From Octopus vulgaris (Eukaryota), in NCBI GenBank assembly GCA_951406725.2, contig OX597839.1, positions 18,972,001-19,036,000 of the forward strand: a DNA stretch of 64,000 nucleotides, read 5' to 3'. The position numbers and the translations under genes are program-made. Under the pieces are notes generated by a model. It was not told where the DNA came from, made no database searches, and saw nothing but the letters and a program-made list of their open reading frames with translations. Positions 50,932 to 61,300 of this stretch are shown here, in pieces. Within the stretch, counting starts at the first letter, position 1. Each line of letters opens with the position of its first letter.

Positions 50932-51670
50932 TCGACTTTGCCTTTCATCCTTTCGGGGTCGATTAAATAAGTACCACTTACGCACTGGGGTCGATATAAT
51001 CGACTTAATCCGTTTGTCTGTCCTTGTTTGTCCCCTCTGTGTTTAGCTTCTTGTGGGTAGTAAAGAAATAAGAAACGTTAGCAAACTGGCGCAGGAGTGG
51101 CTGTGTGGTAAGTAGCTTGCTAACCAACCACATGGTTCCGGGTTCAGTCCCACTGCGTGGCATCTTGGGCAAGTGTTTTCTGCTATAGCCCCGGGCCGAC
51201 CAATGCCTTGTGAGTGGATTTGGTAGACGGAAACTGAAAGAAGCCTGTCGTATATATGTATATATATGTATATATGTGTGTGTTTGCCCCCTAGCATTGC
51301 TTGACAACCGATGCTGGTGTGTTTACGTCCCCGTCACTTAGCGGTTCGGCAAAAGAGACCGATAGAATAAGTACTGGGCTTACAAAGAATAAGTCCCGGG
51401 GTCGATTTGCTCGACTAAAGGCGGTGCTCCAGCATGGCCGCAGTCAAATGACTGAAACAAGTAAAAGAGTAAAAGAGTAAAGAGTAAACTGGGCGAAACG
51501 CTTAGCGGTATTCCATCTGTCTTTACATCCTGAGTTCAAATTCTGCCGAGGTCGACTTTGCCTTTCATTCTTTCGGTTTCGATAAATTAAGTACCAGTTG
51601 CATGCTGGGGTCGATCTAATCGACTGACCCTCTCCCCCAAAATTTCGGTCCTTGTTCTTAGAGTAGAAAC
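50932..51670 (+). mobile_element. Two SINE family B pieces; the second (51071-51670) is interrupted by a SINE A
   Basis: AGAAACGTTAGCAAACTG | SINE A | AAACTGGGCGAAACGCTTAGC resumes the B consensus. Confidence 0.8.
51088..51485 (+). mobile_element. SINE family A, full length, with AAACTG(G) target-site duplication
   Basis: AAACTGG at 51083-51089 and 51486-51492; (GAGTAAAA)n tail. Confidence 0.9.
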
Positions 51671-52227
51671 GAATACATACGTCGAAAGCAATTATTTTTC
51701 AGGGGTCTTTGCAATAATATCGGGAATCCCCAATTTGCTTGAACCCCTCCGAAAATCTTACATGGACACTAAGATGCCATGTGGACCCCGATTGAGAATC
51801 ACTGCTCCAAACCATGCACACAAACAACTATCCATCTGCGACCCACTTGCTCTTTGCCCATGAAGCCCCCACCAAGCACTTCATCTATCAGAAATCACCT
51901 CATCCGCCAACCATTTCCATAATGTTTCAGAAAGCCATCTTCTTTTCAACACGTTGTTTGTATTTCGATGAATCACTCGACTGAATGCAAAATATTATGG
52001 AACTGATTGTCTGTCGGTCTGTCTGTCTGTCTGTCTGTTTGGCAGGCTGGCTTGTTTGCTTGCTGGTTGGTTTGGTTTGGTTTGGCTTGGTTGGGTGGTT
52101 GGGTAGTTGGGTGTATTGGACAATGGAGAAGGCTGGAGTGGGGACAGCGGGCGAGATGTAGAGGTTGCAACGAGAGCAGTGTGGTTAGGGAGAGGTCGGA
52201 GAGCAACCGGTGTTTGCCTTTTTCTGA

Positions 52228-52261
<34 letters not shown>

Positions 52262-52356
52262 CTGTGCACGCGCATGTGGGTTTCTTGTATTGAGATTAAA
52301 TAAAAAGTTATATAAACAGCAAGACAGATAGATAAATGGATGGACCGATAGTAAAT

Positions 52357-52549
<193 letters not shown>

Positions 52550-52755
52550 GTGAAATGGAAGTAGCTGCGGTCATTTTCGAAGGAGCGGGTGGTGTAGCTG
52601 GTTATACTGCATGGTGCACGGTGATGATGTGCATGGTGATGTCGGCGGTACTTGCGGAGTTCGCATTGGCGGTGTCTGTCTTGGTGGCCTTTTCTGTTTG
52701 TTTTAATTTTTCATATTTGATGGTGATAATGGCGGCGGCAGCGGCAAAAGCAGCG

Positions 52756-52854
52756 GTGGCGACGGCAAACGTGGCGGCGCCGGCAGTGGTGGCGACGGCA
52801 AAAGCGGCGGCGCCGGCAGTGGTGGCGACGGCAAAAGCGGCGGCGCCGGCAGTG
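52756..52854 (+). repeat. 33-bp GC-rich minisatellite, 3 units
   Basis: GTGGCGACGGCAAAAGCGGCGGCGCCGGCAGTG three times; the first unit is slightly diverged. Confidence 0.9.
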
Positions 52855-53633
52855 TGGCTGTATCGTACATGTTTCTTCTCGTTGATGTTGTTATTGTGGT
52901 AAGTATTGGTTCGAGAGAAGTAGGAAAGAAACGAAGACAAAAACAAAGAAAAAGAAACGAAAAGAAAAGAGCGAGATCCCGACAAACAGCAGCCATTTTG
53001 CAATTTAGAAGGAAGATTCGTTATTGTGAGGTGGAAGAATTGTAGATAAGGGGCGGAGGATGCTATTAGACCTTGCATAAAAGAGTGAAGAGGTAGAGAA
53101 AAGGATAAACAAATGCGTATGTGCAGGTGGTTAAGCTTGCTTTCCAACCATTGTATTCTTGGGTTCAATCCCACGTTGCAGCACCTTGAGATTTTTTTTT
53201 TTTTTTTACTTTTAGGCTTTCTCCCCGGCTGAAAGTTTGTGAGTGCATTTGATAGACAGAAACTGTGAAAGAAGTTCATCAGCTGTGAGGGAGGCAGCTT
53301 TTCTAGGAGAAAGATATTCTGACATAAAACTTGTAGTCAGAATAGTTACCAGTGATATTACAATGCTTGTTACTGGAACCTACTTTAGTGACTGAAACAG
53401 AGGCAAAACTGTTTTCCTAGCTTTTGTCGTTTAAATCCAACGATGTGCAGATGTCTCATAATCATCTCATTTCTTAATCTGTTTTCTGATGGAATTGTCT
53501 GAAAATTCATATCATTCTTGTCTGTATACAAAGATGAATGCAAATTAGAACAATTAGGCTGGATGTGGGAGAGATGCCTTCTGACAAAAATGAGAGAATC
53601 ATCACATATGAGTGTGTGTGTATGAATAATATA

Positions 53634-53703
<70 letters not shown>

Positions 53704-54137
53704 CGTGTGTATATGTTTGTGTGTTTTTACGTATCCGCAACTTAACGGTTCGGCAACAGGGACCGATAGAATAAGTACTAAGCTTACAAAGAATAAGTCC
53801 TGGGGTGATTTGCGCGACTAAAGGCGGTGCTCCAGCATGGCCACAGTCAAATGACTGAAACAAATAAAAGAATATATACCTGGGCGAGATGCAATCAGTA
53901 GTAGCACGATATCGTAAGGTATATTTGCCACCCAAACGTGGCTGACCCAAATGGGACGATGCTACTGTTGTTTAAAGCCCCAGGAAGAAATGTCTTCCAG
54001 CTGGCTAACGACACACTGTCTCTGCCCGATCCGTATTTGCGAAGGGAAATCCTCGTTCCCATCTTAGCCTGATGTGATACATACGGACCCGGGTTTCTGG
54101 AAGTAACCCGTCATCGGGGTGTGACAATCACCAGCTA

Positions 54138-55270
54138 GTTTCTTTATTACAGGCACAAGGCCTAAACACGGAGGGGACATACACAGACATACGAGAACAA
54201 AAAGCACATGAAAGAATAAGTGTAAAGGAATTAGTTCCAATGAATACGAGACAGTTTTCTCGGTCCCACTCCGAGATGAAACCGTGATTTTTTTTTACAA
54301 TTAAATCACCGTTCTTACAGTCTTTCTCTTATTTCTGTATCGTTCTTTTTCCTTAAAATTTTTTAACAGTCTATTCTCTTTTTTTTTCTTTATATAAAAC
54401 ACAAATCTTACTCACTTGGTTTTAAATGTTCTTAAAGGGTTTCAAATCTAATTCCACCCAACATGTATTGTGCTTATACTGCATTGTTCACCCAACTCCT
54501 CATCCATCACCGCAGGTGGCAATTCATTTTTTTATAATTTCCATTCTGCTTCCAAATATTTCTTTTAATCTTGCCGCTCTTTCGTTCATGTTTTCCTTTA
54601 CGTGGCTCTCTCGGCTGTATTTCTTGACTTTCTACACCAGTAACAGGTGTCTTCATTTCTGTTTGTTGTTTGTTTCCCTGTTTCTTCCGTCTTTCCTTCT
54701 CCTTACTCGTTCAAAGCTCTGGCTCCTGGGTTCGATTCTCCGTTGCTTCCTCATTTTTCCTTCTCCTCTGCCTTTCTTTTCTTTTCCTGTGGAAATTCGC
54801 TATTTCCTTTCTTCTCTACCATTGTAAACTCTGTTTCCTTCTCCGATTTTTATATTCGCTTCTATCTGACTTCTTTCCACCACCGCTCCTTGTTCTTGTT
54901 TCTGGGGACAGTTTGTCTTCATGTGCTCCCTTACTTTGCATTTAAAGCGTATTGATGGTCTGCCTTCCACCATGACTCTCAGCCTGGTCTCATCAGGCAG
55001 GACACTTTCTTCTGTCATTTTGTGGAGGTCAGGCAGGCTGTAATGGACCATTACCACTAGGCCATACCTCCAGCAATTGACCTCCGCTATCATGGACATT
55101 TTCAATATTTCCACTTTCTCCTCTGTGTTGTAGAGGATGGCGGCCATAAGCCAGTCCTCATTCTCCCTCTGGCTGCGCGTCTGCCATAGTAAGTAGGCAA
55201 GAGAGCCCACTGTGTCGATTTCAAGGCTACGGTGGAGTATTTCTTTGCTTCGTTCTCATTAACGTTGCTT
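54138..55270 (-). mobile_element. Tx1/L1-like element relic with ORF1 zinc-knuckle remnant and polyadenylation-signal 3' end, no ORF2
   Basis: LRVMVEGRPSIRFKCKVREHMKTNCP is a decayed V.VEGRP..CxxC...GH....CP motif. The minus strand ends GCCTTGTGCCTGTAATAAAGAAAC only ~770 nt further on. Confidence 0.65.
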
Positions 55271-55739
55271 CGTTCTCTGATCTGGGCGAGGTGATGTGGA
55301 CTACTTACCCCTCTCTGGTAAATTGCATATACAAAATTGAAAGTAAATAAGAGCAACCAGGCTGAATGTGAAATGGCCATCACCCGATATGACGAGGTCA
55401 TCATCATATAGATATATTTCTGCATATATTTATGTGTGTCCCTGTGTATGTCTCTGCGTTCGTCACCCATCAGCGTTTGACAACCAGTACTGCTTTGTTT
55501 ACGTCCCCGTAATATAGAGAAAAAAACACTGGTAGAGTAAGTGTCAGGCTTAACAAAAATAAGTACTGCAGCCGACTTCGGTGCTGCAGCATGGCCGCAC
55601 ACACACACACAGACACACACACACAGACACACACACACACAGTCGAATGACTGAAGCAAATAAAAGAAAAGAAAATTATAATATAAGGCGCCAAACTATT
55701 TCTGTAAATGAATATGTTGAGTAGAGTGTTGTGTGTGTG

Positions 55740-55789
<50 letters not shown>

Positions 55790-56231
55790 CATATATATGC
55801 ACACACACACACACACACACACATATATGCACACACACATATATATAGTATTATGTAGTCTTAGTTGAAATGGAAAGACTGCACGTGTGTGAGTGCGCAC
55901 GCGCGTACGTGTGTGCATGTGGTGGAGGGGTGGAAGGATTAGGATGGGTGGTAAAGATGGCTTTTTGATAATGAGCTAACATAACGAAAACTAGTGAGGA
56001 ATATATAAAAACTGCTAAGATAAGGGGTTCACGACAATGAAGGAAAGTAAAAAACAAAATGGCGAAAGGGAAGATTGGAATGAAAGAAGGAAGGAAGGAA
56101 GGAAGGAGGTGAGGAGAAGTTGGAAATGGAAGTAAATAGGAAAATTCAGAAAAGGGGGGTAATGTATAAGAATGGCAAAACCCATGAGGAAGAAGGGAAA
56201 TATACATTGCAATGGAGAAAACCTCATAATA

Positions 56232-56633
56232 CTCTCTCTCTTTACTCTTTTACTTGTTTCAGTCATCTGACTGCGGCCATGCTGGAGCACCGCCTTTAAT
56301 CGAGCAACTCGACCCCGGGACTTATTCTTTTTGTAAGCCCAGTACTTATTCTATCAGTCTCTTTTGCCGAACCGCTAAGTAACGGGGACATAAACACACC
56401 AGCATCGGTTGTCAAGCAATGCTAGGGGGACAAACACAGACACACAAACAAACACACATACATATATATACGACAGGCTTCTTTCAGTTTCCGTCTACCA
56501 AATCCACTCACAAGGCATTGGTCGGCCCGGGGCTATAGCAGAAGACGCTTGCCCAAGATGCCACGCAGTGGGACTGAACCCGGAACCATGTGGCTGGTTA
56601 GCAAGCTACTTACCACACAGCCACTCCTGCGCC
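56232..56633 (-). mobile_element. SINE family A, full length
   Basis: Near-identical to 51088-51485. Confidence 0.9.
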
Positions 56634-56840
56634 TATAATATATATATATATAAAACATTACGTTATATAATTAGGGTTCAGCAAAAAAATTTACTTTACC
56701 ACACACCGAACTTTTAGAAATAGCAGCCAAAGAATTTAGCTATTTCCTCTACTATAAGAAGAGTCTCCCAGACAATGTATACTCAAAAACAATTCACGTA
56801 GGTATAGAGGGAAAAATAACGAAAGATCACACATCGATTA

Positions 56841-56910
56841 CTTGAGAACGCCGTTTCTGGGTTAGTTGGATATAGAGATGCTAGAAATACATTCCTGTCA
56901 TCAGCCCAAG
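56841..56910 (-). ncRNA. Candidate type I hammerhead ribozyme with enlarged stem II domain, inside a ~300-bp insert (56652-56953) in TA repeats
   Basis: Minus strand: CTTGGG-CTGATGA-(40 nt)-GAA-AC ggc GT-T-CTCAAG. Stem I is 6 bp, the core is canonical and stem III is minimal; the base of stem II is a C.A mismatch. Confidence 0.55.
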
Positions 56911-57080
56911 ATTTCGCTAAGTTTAAATTTGAGAGCACTAAAAAATTATTGACTATATATATATATATATATATTGCTTCACTTTGTGGTACCTTTGTAT
57001 CAAGTATCTTTCAATTATATCCCCGGGTCAACCAAGGCCTTGTGAGTGGATCTGAAAGAGAAGGAAAGTGAAACAAGCCC

Positions 57081-57151
<71 letters not shown>

Positions 57152-57485
57152 GTGTGTGTGTGTGTTTGTCCTTCACCACCGCTTGACAGCTATGTTAGTT
57201 TGTTTACGTCCTAGTAACTTAGCGGTTCGGTGAAAGTGTACGATACAATAAGTACCTGGTTTAAAAAGAAAAAAAAAGTGAAAAGTCCTGGGCACGGGCT
57301 TCCACGCATTTTCCCTCAACCAAATTCACTGACAAGGCATTGGTCGGCCCGGGACGATAACAAAAGAAGATACTTTTTCAAGGCGCTGCAAAGAGAGCCC
57401 CGACCGAATCCGAAACCGCATGGTTGCAGAATGAGCTTCTCAACAATACAGAAAGAAACAAATATAGCGGTAGTCCTAACGAGGT

Positions 57486-57712
57486 GGAGGCGCAATGGCC
57501 CAGTGGTTAGGGCAGCGGACTCGCGGTCAGAGGATCGCGGTTTCGATTGAGCAAAAACGCCTAAAAGTTCCACGAGGAACAACTTTCTCTCACTCTCTCT
57601 CTTCCTGTTTCTTGAGTAACGCTACGATGGACTGGCGTCCCGTCCAGCTGGGGGGAACACATACGCCACAGAAACGGGGCCCATTAGTCTGGCTAGGCTT
57701 AAAAAGGGCGAG
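57486..57712 (+). mobile_element. tRNA-derived SINE (distinct family, internally deleted)
   Basis: GGAGGCGCAATGGCCCAGTGGTTAGGGCAGCGGACT...GGTTTCGATT tRNA-like head; CGATGGACTGGCGTCCCGTCCAG conserved-domain-like segment. Confidence 0.65.
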
Positions 57713-59345
57713 AAAGAAAGAAAGAAGTCCGAACGAGACAACCACCAGAACGAGCACCCTACTATAGCAGCTGGGTCGACACTGGAGAAGGTTTTCCTTA
57801 ATCGGTTGTGGTAATTAAATCATCCCCACACAATACAAGTTCCTTTATAAATTGGCAGTGAAATATAGACGCAACATTTTTATCTTCAGTCTCTGGGTGT
57901 GGCATATTTAGTTCCATTGAAAAATTAGAAATGTTTTGTCACTTAAATCTGTTTTAATCCCTTCCAGATTTGTGGGCTTAAAAACAGATATAATGTAATT
58001 TTTCAAACGAATATCATTCATAATACTTATGATAACAAAAACGGCAAGCTCTGGGGTGGAGGTCGCGTCGATGTACCCCCTCCCCCGATTTAACCCCTTC
58101 CCTGAACTTTACTGGCTTTATACCAAAATTTGAAATAGGTAATTCTTCTTCTTCTCTTCTTCTTTTCTTCTTCTTCTTATTATTGAGTGAGAGAGCAACG
58201 CATGCCATCAAAGTGATGCGGGGGGGAGGGGGGCAGCGGGCAGAAACGTCAGCACCTCGGACTAAATGCTTAGCGGCATTTCGTCTGTCTTTACATTCCG
58301 AGTTCAAATTCCACCGAGGTCGACTTTGTCTTTCATACTTTCAGTGTCGATATAATATAAATACCAGTGGAGTTCTGGGCGATGTATTCGACTTACCTTT
58401 CCCCCCCAAAATGCTAGCCTTGTGCCAAAATTTGGAACGAATACTAATGAATACAAATGGTGGTAATGTTGGTGGTGGTTGTGGTTGTTGTGGTGGTGGT
58501 GGTGGCGGTTGTGTTAGTGGTGGTGGTGGTTATTATTGTGGTTGTGTTGGTGGTTGTTTTAGGTGGTGATTACGATGATGGCAGTAATGATGATGGTGAT
58601 GACGATGGTTATAACGTATCCAACATAAGCACAGCGCCAGAAAATTAGTAGGCGATGTATATCGATTATATCTACGACACCGCTTTATTGGAATTTCATT
58701 TATCGACCCCAAAAGAATGAAAGGCAAAGTTGATCTCGGAGGGATTTGAATTCAGAACATAAAGAATCAGAAGAAATGATGCCAAGCATTTTATGCGACG
58801 CGCAAACAATTCTCTCCACTCGCCGCCCTAATAGCAGTCAAATCCCTCTGAAACAGCGCCACCACTATATTATACAAGAAGGATATTTCGGGAAATGTCT
58901 TTAAAATTTCATTATTCCTGAAAAAGAAAAGTACATGAAAAGAGAACGGAAGGGTGTGGCTGGATGTCCGTTGGTCATCGGCTTAATCAGGGAGAGAGGT
59001 AAGGTCTAAAGAACAGCAACCTTTAAAATAGATCCGATATCGAATTCAATGTAGCTAGATGTACCGAGAGCCAATTACAGATTAATAGATCAATAGTATA
59101 GGGATTAGAGGATTAGAGAAAGCGACATATAAATCTGGCCATGGCGTGAATTGAATATAGAACTAGAGTGTGACGCGATTTTAATAATGGCGATAGATAA
59201 TGGCGAGAAATGTGATGGAATTACCAGACAAAGGCGGCAGAAGTCAGGTACGAAGTAATAAGCGAGGCGTAAATAATGTGGATGTTGATACCTGGAAAGA
59301 AGGAATAATTAATGAAATGAACTTAAAAAGGATTTTTTATATATA

Positions 59346-59576
59346 TATTTCTTTACTACCCACAAGGGGCTAAACACAGAGAGGACAAACAAGGACAGAC
59401 AAACGGATTAGGTCGATTATATCGATCCCAGTGCGTAACTGGTACTTAATTTATCGACTCCGAAAGGATGAAAGGCAAAGTCGACCTCGGCGGAATTTGA
59501 ACTCAGAACGTAGCGGCAGACGAAATACTGCTAAGCATTTCGCCCGGCGTGCTAACGTTTCTGCCAGCTCGCCGCC
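59346..59576 (-). mobile_element. SINE family B, full length
   Basis: Minus strand: GGCGGCGAGCTGGCAGAAACG ... GAGTTCAAATTCC ... GCCTTTCATCCTTTCGG ... TAGCCCCTTGTGGGTAGTAAAGAAATA. Confidence 0.88.
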
Positions 59577-59833
59577 CTCAATTTTTTATATACCAAGGCT
59601 TTTTCCCCATAGGAGTAGGTAGCCGCCACAAGACACACCAGGCATTTTTCCCCAGCTCAAAGAGGCGAGACCCGTCCTATATTCGGGTCAAGGCATAGAA
59701 AGCAACCCCCTATATCAGCAGCGGGGCCCGACAGCATATGCTGGTTTATCCCCGCCGCATCAAGCTGGTTCCGTACCCCTTTGAGCATCATCAATTCACT
59801 CATCCGTCCACAAATACTCTCCAAGCTTTCCTA

Positions 59834-60190
59834 TCTCTATATATATAAAACTGAGAATGTGTGTCTGTCTGTGTGTTTCCCTAAAACTTGAAAACTACAC
59901 AACCAATTTCATTCAAATTTTACACATGCCTTACTTAAGGTCCGGGGAGTGTCATCGGCAAAAAAATCATAACTTCTTCCCTAGGGCGGCCCCACAGCAA
60001 TATCATATCTTCTCCACTATTTCAGTATTACGTGTTAAAAGTGAAACAAAAACACAACTAACAACTGTTGGGAACACTTTCAAACCTGCTTTACATTCGA
60101 ACCGGAATCTCAACGCCCGAGTTTTCCATCTGAAGTTAATCTCTCCCATGGAGCTTATACAAAAAGGGCAAGTCTTTGGGCCCATACTAT
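59834..60190 (+). mobile_element. 5' part of a Helitron-like element
   Basis: A|TCTCTATATATATAAAACT..GTGTGTCTGTCTGT start like 20893. No 3' hairpin or CTAG is seen. Confidence 0.55.
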
Positions 60191-60195
60191 ATATA

Positions 60196-60593
60196 CTAGC
60201 AGTATCGCCCGGCGTTGCTCAGGTTTGTAAGGGAAATAACTATAAAGCATTTTTAGAGAGTTATAGCCAAAAAATAGCAAAAAAATGCATCAAAAATGGA
60301 AAAAAAAATGATGTTAAATTTTTTTAAAAATCGTTGACTCATCGTAGACATTTTTAGAGAGTTACTTCCCTTATATAATAGCGAAAAAATGCATTAAAAT
60401 GGAAAAAAATAATGGTAAATTATTTTTAAAATCGTAGACTCATCGTAGACGCGCGCTAATACCCAGAAGGGCTCGATATGAATCACGACTATAAGATACC
60501 CGGTTTTGGTTAAACTGCACCGCAAAATGTGGGAGAAGTTAGGAATCTAAATCGTAGGAGACAGACACACAACCTTACTTTTATATATAAAGA
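60196..60593 (-). mobile_element. Non-autonomous Helitron, complete
   Basis: Minus strand: TCTTTATATATAAAAG ... CCTGAGCAACGCCGGGCGATACTGCTAG|T. Body homologous to 20893-21401. Confidence 0.85.
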
Positions 60594-61208
60594 TATCTTA
60601 TGGACGGACGATAGTCACATCGGCTTTGCCTTTTTATTGTCTTTAAGTTTGCCTTTTTATTGCCTTCAAAAGTTTGTGCTTGGATAATATTCTTTATGTA
60701 AAGCTTGTGTAACAACTAATAAATACATTCGGTTGTGCAAATTCTTTGCACGAGAAACCTTCCCTGTGTGGCGTGTTTCCCCATTTTGTAAATTTGTTTT
60801 CGGGCTTTCTTAGCCATTTCTGTTTTGGCGACTTCAAAGCCATGAAGTCGTCGGGGAAATGGTCACTGGTCTCCTAGACAACGCTTACGACGTTGATTTC
60901 CCTACCCTGCCTTCCCCACAGCTTCATGAAGGAGGGAAAGAAGGGGAGGAGCAACACAGGTGCAGGTGCGAGCATTGGACGCCAACTCCGCCACCGACAA
61001 AAATTGGAAGAACCCAGACGACAGCTTCACAGTCAAAGACTACGACGGACAACTCTGCCACAAACACCACCACCACCATCACCACCACCACCACCACTAC
61101 CACCATGACCACCACGACCACAATCAAGGCAACCACCACCATCAGCATCACCAACACCATCACCACCACCATCACCACCACCATGACAACCACCACCACC
61201 CTCTTTTC

Positions 61209-61300
<92 letters not shown>

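Noticed and set aside
53280-53610. Possible hAT transposase C-terminal remnant (NRLRNEMIMRHL)
   Set aside because: Only a weak motif resemblance. No other conserved blocks or TIRs.
53872-53930. ATACCTGG start resembling U1 snRNA
   Set aside because: The rest does not match U1 stems or an Sm site.
55309-55361. Another 53-nt AG...GTAAGT segment on the minus strand
   Set aside because: Lies between a LINE relic and a SINE with no supporting context. It shows that exon-like segments can occur by chance here.
61211-61299. Poly-G as a poly-Gly/Pro coding region or a special G-quadruplex locus
   Set aside because: Inside a non-coding repeat element, and long homopolymer lengths are unreliable in assemblies.
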